A stretch of 64,000 nt of DNA from Macrostomum lignano. Taxonomy: Eukaryota. Positions 36,603-49,880 of this stretch are shown here, in pieces (position 1 is the first letter of the stretch; each line of letters starts with the position of its first letter). The stretch is from the NCBI GenBank assembly GCA_002269645.1, contig NIVC01000305.1, forward strand, positions 485,845 through 549,844. The letters run 5' to 3'. Below the pieces are notes generated by a model. The model saw only the letters and a program-made list of their open reading frames with translations, searched no databases and had not been told where the DNA came from. The translations under genes and the position numbers were made by a program.

Positions 36603-37172
36603 ATGCGAGTGTGGGAGCGCAGTCACGTGTTCGAGCACAGCTGGGAGACTGTGGTTGAAGCGGCTATGAATAAATATCCTAATCCAATGTTTAATGGCGT
36701 TTTAAGCCAAGATGTGGTGTCTCGGTCAGTCAGTGAGGACGGCATTCTTCGAACTCACAGATTATTCGGCCTGCTGTTTACAGGTGTGGTACACCGGTTG
36801 ACTAATTTAGGATTTTACAGACAGTTTAACTCCTTGATTGATCTGGATGTTGACGTCTGGTACGGTAGCGAGCACACTATGGTAGATCCTAGAGCTAGGA
36901 GTTACCTATTGCACAGTAAGAATATTACATTTAGCAGAGGTATTACACTTGAGGAACGCTTGGAGTATAAACCTCATCCAGACAATCCCACAGGAAGGAC
37001 AGTTCTGCAGCAGTCTGCCAGAATCTGCTGTCCTTGGTGGCCTATTGGTGGCCTAGTGGAAACTATTTTAGAAGATTTTGTGTACGACAGAATGGCTGCC
37101 AAAGGTCCCAGGGCTATTGAGTGGGTCATTGCTAATCGAATAGCAGATACCACTGCTGATGCTTCGTCCTGA
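36603..37172 (+). CDS. PRELID3B: PRELI/MSF1-domain mitochondrial lipid transfer protein (PRELID3/SLMO/Ups2-like), intronless, 189 aa
   Basis: MRVWERSHVFEHSWETVVEAAMNKYPNP...DVVSRSV...LRTHRL...LEERLEYKPHP...GPRAIEWVI. Confidence 0.88.
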   Translation: MRVWERSHVFEHSWETVVEAAMNKYPNPMFNGVLSQDVVSRSVSEDGILRTHRLFGLLFTGVVHRLTNLGFYRQFNSLIDLDVDVWYGSEHTMVDPRARSYLLHSKNITFSRGITLEERLEYKPHPDNPTGRTVLQQSARICCPWWPIGGLVETILEDFVYDRMAAKGPRAIEWVIANRIADTTADASS

Positions 37173-38280
37173 GTGATTAGTAGCTTTGGCTGAGTGATTA
37201 TTAGCTTTGGCTGAATTATTAGTAGCTTTGGCTGAGTGATTAGTAGCTTTGGCTGAGTGATTAGTAGCTTTGGCTGAGGGATTAGTAGCTTTGGCTGAGT
37301 TATTTATTTGTAGCTTTGGCTGAGGAATGAGTAGCTTTGGCTGAGTTATTTGTAGCTTTGGCTGAGTTATTTGTAGCTTAAATCTGAGTGATTAGTAGCT
37401 TTGGCTGAGTGATCGAGTAGCTTTGGCTGAGTGATTAGTAGCTTTGGGGCTGAGTGATTAGTAGCTTTGGCTGAGTGATCGAGTAGCTTTGGCTGAGTGA
37501 TAAGTAGCTTTGGCTGAGTGATTAGTAGCTTTGGGGCTGAGTGATTAGTAGCTTTGGCTGAGTGATCGAGTAGCTTTGGATGAGTGATTAGTAGCTTATG
37601 GCTGAGTGATTAGTAGCTTTGGCTGAGTGATTAGTAGCTTTGGCTGAGTTATTTGTAGCTTATGGCTGAGTGATTAGTAGCTTTGGCTGAGTTATTTGTA
37701 GCTTATGGCTGAGTGATTAGTAGCTTTGGCTGAGTTATTTGTAGCTTATGGCTGAGTGATTAGTAGCTTTGGCTGAGTTATTTGTAGCTTATGGCTGAGT
37801 TATTTGTAGCTTATGGCTGAGTGATTAGTAGCTTTGGCTGAGTTATTTGTAGCTTATATCTGAGTGATTAGTAGCTTTGGCTGAGTGATCGAGTAGCTTT
37901 GGCTGAGTGATTAGTAGCTTTGGGGCTGAGTGATTAGTAGCTTTGGCTGAGTGATCGAGTAGCTTTGGCTGAGTGATAAGTAGCTTTGGGGCTGAGTGAT
38001 TAGTAGCTTTGGCTGAGTGATAAGTAGCTTTGGCTGAGTGATTAGTAGCTTTGGGGCTGAGTGATTAGTAGCTTTGGCTGAGTGATCGAGTAGCTTTGGC
38101 TGAGTGATTAGTAGCTTTGGGGCTGAGTGATAAGTAGCTTTGGCTGAGTGATTAGTAGCTTTGGGGCTGAGTGATTAGTAGCTTTGGGGCTGAGTGATAA
38201 ATAGCTTTGGCTGAGTGATAAGTAGCTTTGGCTGAGTGATTAGTAGCTTTGGCTAAGTGATTAGTAGCTTTGGCTCAGTG
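37169..38280. repeat. Minisatellite, 21-bp unit (CTGAGTGATTAGTAGCTTTGG)
   Basis: About 50 copies; the first unit overlaps the PRELID3 stop codon. Confidence 0.97.
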
Positions 38281-38999
38281 ATGTATTTTGTAGCATTTCA
38301 TAAACTGCTATACAAATTCTATTGTTATTCTTTATTTCGGAGTAGGGTCAAGACATGCTAAAGGTCAGGAAATAAATGGTCAACTCAATTTACTGACCGA
38401 CCTCCTGCACTCACCTTTGAATGATTTGATTTTTTCCCAAAATATCACTCGCAGTGACATTTTCACAAACTTTATAATCATTCGTGAGAATATTTACTTT
38501 AACATTTTTTAATCGTTATGCTTTCGCGATGCATTTGATCGTGCTAAGCTTACAACACAATGAGTCTGTTTAAAGCTTACATATAGTATTTCTATGTAAC
38601 TAAAGAACATTAATCTTACACTTTAGACTGACTTTTGTCAGTAAACATAGTATTGTATTTTAATAATATGTTCAGCAATAGTTATTTTGCTGCATTTTCT
38701 ACTAAGCCATGCACTATTTGCGATATTTTATTGCTTAAAAATCGATTGTATTCTTACTTGTAGTTTTGCATTATTTTTTATCTTGACTAATTATTGATAA
38801 CTATTTAGTTTCTTTATTTAAGCTCCTACGTGGTGTTTAGTATCAGGATATATAATATAAGGATTCTTTTAGTATTCAAATAGTTTTTTTTGTTAAATTA
38901 GGCAAATCTTGCCTGGCAAATCATTGTTTTCCGTGTTGAATTCATTTTTATGCTTCTTAAAGTTCGTGAACTATTATTTAAGTATCTTAATGTACACTT

Positions 39000-39680
39000 G
39001 CTCTTGCTCTCCAATTAGTCAACCCCTTCCGCCAATGTAAATTTTCTCTCTAATTAGTCAACCCCTTCCCCCAATGTACATTTGCTCTCCAATTAGTCAA
39101 CCCCTTCCCCAATGTACATTTGCTCTCCAATTAGTCAACCCCTTCCCCCAATGTACATTTGCTCTCCAATTAGTCAACCCCCTCCCCCATTGTACACTCG
39201 CTCTCCAATTAGTCAACCCCCTCCCCCAATGTACACTCGCTCGCCAATTAGTCAACCCCCTCCCCCAATGTACACTCGCTCGCCAATTAGTCAACCCCCT
39301 CCCCCAATATACACTCGCTCTCCAATTAGTCAACCCCTTCCCCCAATGTACATTTGCTCTCCAATTAGTCAACCCCTTCCCCCAATGTACATTTGCTCTC
39401 CAATTAGTCAACCCCCTCCCCCATTGTACACTCGCTCTCCAATTAGTCAACCCCTCCCCAATGTACACTCGCTCTCCAATTAGTCAACCCCTCCCCCAAT
39501 GTACACTCGCTCGCCAATTAGTCAACCCCCTCCCCCAATATACACTCGCTCTCCAATTAGTCAACCCCTCCCCCAATGTACACTCGCTCGCCAATTAGTC
39601 AACCCTCTTCTCCCAATGTACAATATCTAATTAGTCAACTCCCAATGTACACTCGTTTCAATTAGTAAACCCCCACTACT
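39000..39680. repeat. Minisatellite, 39-bp unit (CCAATTAGTCAACCCCCTCCCCCAATGTACACTCGCTCT)
   Basis: About 15 copies upstream of the zinc finger gene. Confidence 0.95.
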
Positions 39681-39809
39681 CCAACGTGCACCTACCATTT
39701 AGAAGAGCTCTGAATATTATACATGCGCTTTAAAATTTGTCAATTTGTAAAATTTTAAAGGATACTCCTTATCTATTACTTACTGTAAACAGCAGAGTTA
39801 AGAAAATCG

Positions 39810-41531
39810 ATGACTGAACAGCAGCAGATGCCGGTCCCCACTAGCGACATGCTAGTGGTTAGACGAACTGCCAATCCTGACGGCTCCTCTCGTCCAGTGT
39901 TTACTATTGTACGGAAACCGTCAGTATCCAGTTCCGCTACTGCTGCCGCTCCTGAAGCTTCTCAACCATCGACTACTGCTACTGCTACATTGTCATCATT
40001 GTCTAGCGCCGGTGCTCAAGAAGACTCAAACAGCGGCGCTGACATCTATGGCGAGTCTTTCTGGATTGACGATATGGGCTGCGATCCAATTATGGACGTG
40101 GCTCCTGGGTCTGGCAGGCAGCTACAGGCTGGCACATCTGCAGCGTCGCAGTCATTCACTCATCTAGTCATTGACAGCGGCAGAGTTGGCCAAGGCTTGT
40201 CAGCATCGTCTGGTAGGCAGAGTCGCTTGCTCCGGTACAGTCTCGGTCCGGAAGGGGTCTCGTCAGGTAGTACAACAATGACTCCGCTGCCTACGCCAAT
40301 CTCTCCGAAACTCGCCGCGTCATCGGATCAGTTCAGCTCGACTAAGGTGCCGCCAAAGATGCTGCAGTGCTCCAAGTGTGGCAAGCATTTTCGCAATCTG
40401 TATTCGTTGGAGCATCATATCTGTGCGCCTAGGCGGAAACAGCTGAGCAGGCAGCAGGTATATAAACCCTATAAACACAAAATCCCTGTCCTTATAAACC
40501 CATAATTCCAGTCCCTATAAACCCAAAATCCCAGCCCCTATAAACCCGAGATCTCAGTGCCTATAAACCCAAGATCCCAGTCCCTATAAACCCAAGATCC
40601 CAGTCCCTATAAACCCAAGATCCCAATCCCTATAAACCCAAGATCCCAGTCCCTATAAACCCAAGATCCCAGTCCCTATAAACCCAAGATCCCAGTCCCT
40701 ATAAACCCAAGATCCCAGTCCCTATAAACCCAAGATCCCAGTCCCTATAAACCCAAGATCCCAGTCCCTATAAACCCAAGATCCCAGTCCCTATAAACCC
40801 AAGATCCCAGTCCCTATAAACCCAAGATCCCAGTCCCTATAAACACAAGATCCCAGTCCCTATAAACCCAAGATCCCAGTCCCTATAAACCCAAGATCCC
40901 AGTCCCTATAAACACAAGATCCCAGTCCCTATAAACCCAAGATCCCAGTCCCTAAAGCAGAATGTTAAATTAACCAGTTAAATCAGTCGGAATAGCAATC
41001 CCCATTCGCCCGGTGCAGGTGCAACAGCAGGAGGTGAACGGCATCCGGTATTACCTGTGCCCAGCCTGCTCCAAGCCGTTCAAATGGATCGGCAACCTGA
41101 CCCGACACTTTCACACGCACACTGGCGGTCGATTTTTTCGTTGCGAAATTTGCGGCAAATCATTTTTCACCTCCTACCAGGTGAAACGGCATATGAATAG
41201 TCACCTGGGTGTTCGGTACAAGTGCACTATTTGCGCTAAGCCATTCACCTGTAAGTATTCTTGCACCTGGCATATTAGGCAGCACATGCTGTCGCAGCAG
41301 GAGCAACAGCGGCAGCAGGAGCAGCAGACTGGAGCACTGCTGCTCACAGGTGACCATCACGAAATTGACATGGACGATTTAGAAGATGCCGATAGTATTG
41401 TTGATGAAGAAGAGGATATTAATCCTAGTTTACCTGCTGGTTTACCTGTGTCTGTCTCGACAGGTGAAGCACCGGTTTTAACGGCGTCGCCTGTTGCTAA
41501 GGTTACCGTGAAAACCTATTGTCCCACCTAG
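39810..41531 (+). CDS. C2H2 zinc finger protein (4 fingers); exons 39810-40457, 41019-41531 (~386 aa)
   Basis: CSKCGKHF...HHIC, CPACSKPF...HFHTH, CEICGKSF...HMNSH, CTICAKPF...HIRQH; phase-0 splice CAG|gtatat...gcag|GTG. Confidence 0.85.
40520..40955. repeat. Intronic minisatellite, 23-bp unit (CCCTATAAACCCAAGATCCCAGT)
   Basis: About 18 near-identical copies. Confidence 0.97.
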
Positions 41532-41929
41532 ATTGCTGCCTAGGCACTCAAACCAATCGAAGATTTCTATACTTAATAGTCAGTGAACAAAAATAGGTAA
41601 AGCTTACCTCATCTACGCTTTTGTTGGTGTCATTGTCAAGTAATTTGTATATTTGTATGTTTTTAAAAATAAACATATAGCAAGCACACAGTCTAGTGTA
41701 CAGGTATGTATGTTCCTCGCTTTAATATTGATGACGGCTTTCTTGATTTTCGCTGTTGAGATCAATATCGCATTTATTATTATAAGGGCTTGATATTAAC
41801 TAGCAGGAAAATTAATTAAGAAAAGTTTTATAGGATAATGCGAATTTTTTACTTCTCATAAGACATAAGAAACGGACGCAAAGGGGCATGAAGTATTACA
41901 GTTAAGATGAATGAGATCCCGACTATAGA

Positions 41930-43640
41930 GACTCTAGATAAATGAGAAAGGGACTATGGAGAGGGAAGATTGATGATAAATGAGAAAGGGACTATAGAGG
42001 CTTTAGATGGATGAGAAACTGACAATAGAGGCTCTAGATGGATAAGAAAGAGACTGTAGAGGCTTTTGAACGATGAGAAACTGACAGTAGAGGCTCTAGA
42101 TGGATGAGAAAATGACAGTAGAGGCTCTAGATGGATGAGAAAATGACAGTAGAGGCTCTAGATGGATAAGCAAGAGACTGTAGAGGCTTTTGAACGATGA
42201 GAAACTGACAGTAGAGGCTCTAGATGGATGAGAAAATGACAGTAGAGGCTCTAGATGGATGAGAAAATGACAGTAGAGGCTCTAGATGGATGAGAAAATG
42301 ACAGTAGAGGCTCTAGATGGATGAGAAAATGACAGTAGAGGCTCTAGATGGATGAGAAAATGACAGTAGAGGCTCTAGATGGATGAGAAAATGACAGTAG
42401 AGGCTCTAGATGGATGAGAAAATGACAGTAGAGGCTCTAGATGGATGAGAAAATGACAGTAGAGGCTCTAGATGGATGAGAAAATGACAGTAGAGGCTCT
42501 AGATGGATGAGAAAATGACAGTAGAGGCTCTAGATGGATGAGAAAATGACAGTAGAGGCTCTAGATGGATGAGAAAATGACAGTAGAGGCTCTAGATGGA
42601 TGAGAAAATGACAGTAGAGGCTCTAGATGGATGAGAAAATGACAGTAGAGGCTCTAGATGGATGAGAAAATGACAGTAGAGGCTCTAGATGGATGAGAAA
42701 ATGACAGTAGAGGCTCTAGATGGATGAGAAAATGACAGTAGAGGCTCTAGATGGATGAGAAAATGACAGTAGAGGCTCTAGATGGATGAGAAAATGACAG
42801 TAGAGGCTCTAGATGGATGAGAAAATGACAGTAGAGGCTCTAGATGGATGAGAAAATGACAGTAGAGGCTCTAGATGGATGAGAAAATGACAGTAGAGGC
42901 TCTAGATGGATGAGAAAATGACAGTAGAGGCTCTAGATGGATGAGAAAATGACAGTAGAGGCTCTAGATGGATGAGAAAATGACAGTAGAGGCTCTAGAT
43001 GGATGAGAAAATGACAGTAGAGGCTCTAGATGGATGAGAAAATGACAGTAGAGGCTCTAGATGGATGAGAAAATGACAGTAGAGGCTCTAGATGGATGAG
43101 AAAATGACAGTAGAGGCTCTAGATGGATGAGAAAATGACAGTAGAGGCTCTAGATGGATGAGAAAATGACAGTAGAGGCTCTAGATGGATGAGAAAATGA
43201 CAGTAGAGGCTCTAGATGGATGAGAAAATGACAGTAGAGGCTCTAGATGGATGAGAAAATGACAGTAGAGGCTCTAGATGGATAAGCAAGAGACTGTAGA
43301 GGCTTTTGAACGATGAGCAACTGACAGTAGAGGCTCTAGATGGATGAGAAACTGACAGTAGAGGCTCTAGATGGATGAGAAACTGACAGTAGAGGCTCTA
43401 GATGGATGAGAAACTGACAGTAGAGGCTCTAGATGGATGAGAAACTGACAGTAGAGGCTCTAGATGGATGAGAAACTGACAGTAGAGGCTCTAGATGGAT
43501 GAGAAACTGACAGTAGAGGCTCTAGATGGATGAGAAAGGGACTACAAAGGCTCTAGATGGATGAGAAACTGACAGTAGAGGCTCTAGATGGATGAGAAAG
43601 AGACTGTAGAGGCTCTAGATGAATAAGAAAGTAACTGTAC
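41930..43640. repeat. Minisatellite, 31-bp unit (TAGATGGATGAGAAAATGACAGTAGAGGCTC)
   Basis: About 55 copies; homogeneous core at ~42200-43270 with degenerate edges. Confidence 0.98.
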
Positions 43641-43771
43641 AGGCTCTGGATGGGTAGGAATCAGGTAATCGACTTCAATTTGTACAGGGCGATAAGAGAA
43701 CCGTGCCTTACTCCTCAATATTATAATGCTCATAAACCGTAATAATAATATTGCGGCCTATTTATTATTGC

Positions 43772-46700
43772 ATGCGCGGCCTCATAAAAGTTACAGCGGC
43801 TACGGCTGCCTCTGCACGCGGTCAGAATAAATTATTTAATCAAATAGGCGCAATTATCTCGATAATCAATAGGCAGCCGATTAAACTTTGCCACTCATCG
43901 CCAATTAGGAGTCAATATGCCAATGCCGATAGTGGCGGGACTGAGGACACTGCCAATTACTGCGGCGGCGAAGATCAAAGGCCAAGGCGAACGGGTCTGG
44001 GGTTGGCCGCCGCCACTGTTGCAGCTGTAACTTTTGGCGGTCTTGTCCTCGCTTTTCGTCGAGTTGTTCAGGCCAAGGAACTGTCTAAAGAGGACGAAAA
44101 TGTAACCAATAATGAGGCTGCCGCTTCGAAGCGAAAGAGGCTGGGCTTTCGCGAGCGTCGAATAATTGCTTACGAGGACCGAATCCGAGCTTACAGCACG
44201 CCAGACAAAATATTTCGCTACTTTGCCACGCTGCAGACTGTTGATTCTGATGGCAACACCACTGTTAGTGATTGGGATTTCTTTTGCTTCTGTTTGAAAA
44301 TCCCACATCCTCGGGTTATTTTGCGTTTCTCGGACTCTCAGGTTTTGGGATTTTCCAGATTCTCAGGTTTTGGGGTTTCCCAGATCCTCAGGTTTTGGGA
44401 TTTCCCAGATCCTAAGGCTTTGGAGTTTCCCAGATTCTCAGGCTCTGGGATTTGCCAGATTCTCAGATTTTGGGATTTCCCAGATTCTCAGGTTTTTGGG
44501 GTTTCCCAGACCTTCATGTTTTAGGATTACCCAGATTTTAGGTTTTAGGATTTCCCAGATTTTAGGTTTTGGGATTTCCCAGATTTTAGGTTTTGGGATT
44601 TTCCAGATTCTCAGGTTTTGGGGTTTCCCAGATTCTCAGGTTTTAGGATTTCCCAGATCTCGGGTTTGGGTTTTCCCAGATCCTCAGGTCTTCTGGGGAT
44701 TTCCCAGATCCTTAGGTTTTGGGAGTTTCCCAGATTCTCAGGCTTTGGGATTTCCCAGATTCTCAGGTTTTCGGATTTCCCAGATTCTCAAGTTTTGGGA
44801 TTTCCCAGATCCTCAGGCTTTGGAGTTTCCCAGATTCTCAGGCTTTGGGATTTCCCAGATTCTCAAGTTTTGGGATTTCCCAGATCCTCAGGTTTGGGGA
44901 TTTCCCAGATCCTCAGGTTTTGGGATTTCCCAGATCCTCAGGTTTTTTGGGTTTTCCAGACCTTCATGTTTTGGGATTTCCCAGATCCCCAGGTTTTAGG
45001 GGTTCCCGAATCCCCAAACTAAGACTTCAAGTCCCTCATGCTCTCACAATCCGTCCCCTCAGATATTCATGACTCCGGCAGATTTTGTTCGCAGCCTGAC
45101 TCCGGGTGTTCGTCAACCGAAGGTCTCGGGCTCGATTCCTTCGAACGCTACGACCCGGCAATTGAGAAGCCGGCTCGCCTGTTCGAACTTCGACCTCGAG
45201 ATTCGGTATTTCGAACTCTCGGCAACGAAGCTTTAATCTCGTTTAGTGACTACATATTCCTACTCACCGTGCTTAGCACTCCGCCCAGGCAATTTGAGAT
45301 TGCTTTTCGCATGTTCGACTCCAATGCGGACGGGAATTTGGATATTGACGACTTTATGCACGTGCAGGTTTGTCTCTGAGAAAACTTTCTTTCTTATCAG
45401 TAGTATAACTAGTAAATTTTGCTATTTTTTGCTGAGATAATTACGAGAATAGAAGTCTTTGAAGTGTCAAACTTGGCTTCAGATGGCGCATAAAATAAAC
45501 TTCAGGTAGCCTATGTATGTACTCGTAGCTTGCGGTATTACCAGCAATAGACTTCAGGTATTACCAGTAATAGACTTCAGGTATTACCAGTAATGAGCTT
45601 CAGGTATTACCAGCAACAGACTTCAGGTATTACCAGTAATAGACTTCAGGTATTACCAGTAATAGACTTCAGGTATTACCAGTAATGAGCTTCAGGTATT
45701 ACCAGTAATGAGCTTCAGGTATTACCAGTAATAGACTTCAGGTATTACTAGTAATGAGCTTCAGGTATTACCAGCAACAGACTTCAGGTATTACCAGTAA
45801 TAGGCTTCAGGTATTACCAGTAATAGGCTTCATGTATTACCAGTAATAGGCTTCAAATATTACCAGTAATAGGCTTCAAATATTACCAGTAATAGGCTTC
45901 AAATATTACCAGTAATAGGCTTCATGTATTACCAAGGATTAACTTGAGGTGTCACTAATAACCAAAAATGTGTTGGTAATTAAACAGGTTTAAGATTGAA
46001 TCTCTGTTAGGGCCTAAAGGAGCCCTGCGCACACCCATAACCCTTGTCTTAATCTTCAGACAATCCTTCGCGACCAGACCAATGTTGGCAAGCGTCACCG
46101 GGATCACAGCGTGACTGGCAGTACGCTGAAACCCGAATTGAACTCCGCCTTGGCGTGTTACTTTTTTGGCCAATCTGGTCATGGATTACTGAGCATTGCT
46201 CGGATGCTGGACTTTCAGGTTGGTGTTCAGTGTGCAGTTCTGTTAGATAGTTGAAATCTAACTGGCTTTAATGCAGCTAGAATTGCACCTCTGATCCCGT
46301 GTATCTACAAGCATTTTTTGATTGCTACGGAATCAGTTGAGTCATGAGTCACATCTCAGTGAGTCATTGATGAGCCACAATTAACTCTTCAGTGGTGAGT
46401 CACCTGGTTCAGTAGTTAGTCACACCTGGGTCAGTAGTGAGTCACATCTGGGTCAGTAGTGAGTCACACCTGGGTCAGTAGTGAGTCACATCTGGGTCAG
46501 TAGTGAGTCACATCTGGGTCAGTAGTGAGTCACACCTGGGTCAGTAGTGAGTCACATCTGGGTCAGTAGTGAGTCACACCTGGGTCAGTAGTGAGTCACA
46601 TCTGACGGATCTGAGTCATTATTGAATCATATCTGATGCAGTGCAATGCATTGTTTCGGTCCCAAGAATGATGTCGAGAATTATGACTCCGATGCGACTA

Positions 46701-48152
46701 TAGCTGTCAAAGAATGATCAGTCATTATTAAAATCATATTGCATAAATCAACCAATCGATTTTATTTCTCGTCCAGGCCCGACTACAACGCGAACTGAAT
46801 CGAATCGAGTTCGATCGCTACCGGCCAGATCAGCGCGACTGCATCACCGAGCTCAGCTTCGCTCGCCTCCTCATCGCTTACGCCGGTTTCCCGGACATTA
46901 AAAAGCGCAGAATGCTGCGCCGCGTTCGAGAGGCATTCGGCTCTGGCGGCGCCAGGGGCATCTCGTTCAAGCAGTACGCCGAGTTCTCCCGCCTGCTGAA
47001 GTCCATCGCTGACGTGGACACCGCGCTCACGTTTCACCACATCTGTGAGCTCGCCTCAGCGTCTCCTTGAGCTTCTCTGCTGCCCTCCCAGATCCTCAGC
47101 TGCCCTCCCAGATCCTCAGCTGCCCTCCCAGATCCTCAGCTGCCCTCCCAGATCCTCAGCTGCTGGGCCAGCCTCCCAGATCCCCAGTTACTGGGCCAGC
47201 CTCCCAGATCCTCAGTTGCTGCTGGGCCAGCCTCCCAGATCCTCAGTTACTGCTGAGCCGGCCTCCCAGATCCTCAGCTGCTGGGCCAGCCTCCCAGATT
47301 CCTCAGTTGCTGCTGAGCCGGCCTCCCAGATCCTCAGCTGCTGGGCCAGCCTCCCAGATCCTCAGCTGCTGGGCCAGCCTCCCAGATTCCTCAGTTGCTG
47401 CTGAGCCGGCCTCCCAGATCCTCAGTAGTTGCTGGGCCAGCCTCCCAGATCCTCAGTAGTTGCTGGGCCAGCCTCCCAGATCCTCAGTAGTTGCTGGGCC
47501 AGCCTCCCAGATCCTCAGTTGCTGCTGGGCCAGCCTCCCAGATCCTCAGTTGCTGGGCCAGCCTCCCAGATCCTTAGTTGCTGCTGGGCCAGCCTCCCAG
47601 ATCCTCAGCTGCTGGGCCAGCCTCCCAGATCCTCAGTTGCTGGGCCAGCCTCCCAGATCCTCAGCTGCTGGGCCAGCCTCCCAGATCCTCAGCTGCTGGG
47701 CCAGCCTCCCAGATCCTCAGCTGCTGGGCCAGCCTTCCAGAGTGTCAGTTGCTGGGCCGGCCTCCCAGATCCTCAGCTGCTGGGCCAGCCTCCCAGATCC
47801 TCAGTAACTTCAATAAGCAATTTTAAACAGACATTTTGATTAAATTTATTCTCATTTTTTCAACTCTAAATGGACAGCTGGCGCCTCCATCGACAAGGCC
47901 ACATTTCGGCACATGGCTGTTACCGTGGCGAGCATCGAGCTGGACAGTCACCTACTGGACGTCGTCTTTGTCCTGTTTGACGAAGACGGCGACGGGTACC
48001 TCAGCAACAAAGAATTCGTATCGGTGATGAAGCACCGGCTGTCTCGCGGTCTGGATAAATCGATGGACACCGGAGCTATTCGAATGCTGTCCGCCCTGAG
48101 CAGCTGTGCTCAGGAGCAGCTGTTCGATTGGATCAGAGGTGGCAATCGTTGA
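43772..48152 (+). CDS. MICU1: Mitochondrial calcium uptake protein 1; exons 43772-44263, 45063-45367, 46060-46218, 46777-47044, 47878-48152
   Basis: YEDRIRAYSTPDKIFRYFATL, IFMTPADFVRSLTP, FRMFDSNADGNLDIDDF, RHRDH...SALACYFFG, LFDEDGDGYLSNKEFVSVMKHRLSRGL. One missing G at ~45119. Confidence 0.95.
44330..45010. repeat. Intronic minisatellite, ~25-bp unit (TTTTGGGATTTCCCAGATTCTCAGG)
   Basis: MICU1 intron 1. Confidence 0.93.
45535..45935. repeat. Intronic minisatellite, 23-bp unit (CTTCAGGTATTACCAGTAATAGA)
   Basis: MICU1 intron 2. Confidence 0.95.
46410..46605. repeat. Intronic minisatellite, 22-bp unit (GTAGTGAGTCACATCTGGGTCA)
   Basis: MICU1 intron 3. Confidence 0.95.
47085..47810. repeat. 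Intronic minisatellite, ~28-bp unit (CCTCCCAGATCCTCAGCTGCTGGGCCAG)
   Basis: MICU1 intron 4. Confidence 0.95.
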
Positions 48153-48659
48153 TTTATGATTTTGAATTATAGGCCGCTTATTATAGACTCATTTAATTTA
48201 TTTTATTTTTAAGCTTTGATTTTAACCAGACAGCTGCATAGCTAGTAAACTGAAATACTGTGCAATGAATCCATTGGTATTAATACTGTTATATGCAAAC
48301 AAGTATTTATATTTATATTTTTACATAATCGGCTAATTTTATCATAGGTATCTTCCCATTCATTGTCTGTGAGTTTTTTTGAGTCCTCCTCACTACTGGC
48401 CAATATAGTTATTTTTTCAATTCGCTGTTTAGTCAGCGCCTTTTCTTAAAATCTGATGGCGGCTTTTTGCTTCTAAGTTCTTACCCATTTTATTACTATT
48501 TTGTTTTTGTTTTCAATTTGTAAAACAAAATACACAGAAACAATTTACCGGATAATGTCCCTGTAGTTGATACTGACATTGTAGTTCTTATTGTACTTTT
48601 ATTTGTATTCCTTGCTAGGTAGTTACTATCCCTGGCTACAAAATAGTGCTAAACATTGA

Positions 48660-49880
48660 TACTGTCTCCCCGCTTATCTCCTGTCTCCCTCTCTGGTCTC
48701 CTGTCTCCCTCTCTTGTCCCCTGTCTCCCTCTCTTGTCCCCTGTCTCCCTCTCTTGTCCCCTGTCTCCCTCTCTTGTCCCCTGTCTCCCTCTCTTGTCCC
48801 CTGTCTTCCTCTCTTGTCCCATGTCTCCCTCTCTTGTCCCCTGCCTCCCTCTCTTGTCCCCTGTCTCCCTCTCTTGTCCCCTGTCTCCCTCTCTTGTCCC
48901 CTGTCTCCCTCTCTTGTCTCCTGTCTCCCTCTCTTGTCCCCTGTCTCCCTCTCTTGTCCCCTGTCTCCCTCTCTTGTCCCCTGTCTCCCTCTCTTGTCTC
49001 CTGTCTCCCTCTCTTGTCTCCTGTCTCCCTCTCTTGTCCCCTGTCTCCCTCTCTTGTCCCCTGTCTCCCTCTCTTGTCCCCTGTCTCCCTCTCTTGTCCC
49101 CTGTCTTCCTCTCTTGTCCCATGTCTCCCTCTCTTGTCCCCTGTCTCCCTCTCTTGTCCCCTGTCTCCCTCTCTTGTCCCCTGTCTCCCTCTCTTGTCCC
49201 CTGTCTCCCTCTCTTGTCTCCTGTCTCCCTCTCTTGTCCCCTGTCTCCCTCTCTTGTCCCCTGTCTCCCTCTCTTGTCCCCTGTCTCCCTCTCTTGTCTC
49301 CTGTCTCCCTCTCTTGTCCCCTGTCTCCCTCTCTTGTCCCCTGTCTCCCTCTCTTGTCCCCTGTCTCCCTCTCTTGTCTCCTGTCTCCCTCTCTTGTCCC
49401 CTGTCTTCCTCTCTTGTCCCCTGTCTCCCTCTCCTGTCCCCTGTCTCCCTCTCTTGTCCCCTGTCTTCCTCTCTTGTCCCATGTCTCCCTCTCTTGTCCC
49501 CTGCCTCCCTCTCTTGTCCCCTGTCTCCCTCTCTTGTCCCCTGTCTCCCTCTCTTGTCCCCTGTCTCCCTCTCTTGTCTCCTGTCTCCCTCTCTTGTCTC
49601 CTGCCTTGCTCTCTTGTCTCCTGTCTCCCTCTCTTGTCCCCTGTCTCCCTCTCTTGTCCCCTGTCTCCCTCTCTTGTCTCCTGTCTCCCTCTCTTGTCTC
49701 CTGCCTTGCTCTCTTGTCTCCTGTCTCCCTCTCTTGTCTCCTGCCTTGCTCTCTTGTCCCAGCCTTCCTCTCTTGTCTCCTGTCTCCATTTCTTATCTCC
49801 TGTCTCCCTCACTAGTCTCCTGCCTTCCTCTGGTCTTCTGCCTCCATCTCTTGTCCCCTGTCTCCCTCTCTTATCTCATG
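48660..49880. repeat. Pyrimidine-rich minisatellite, 20-bp unit (CCCCTGTCTCCCTCTCTTGT)
   Basis: About 60 copies; almost no A on the + strand. Confidence 0.98.
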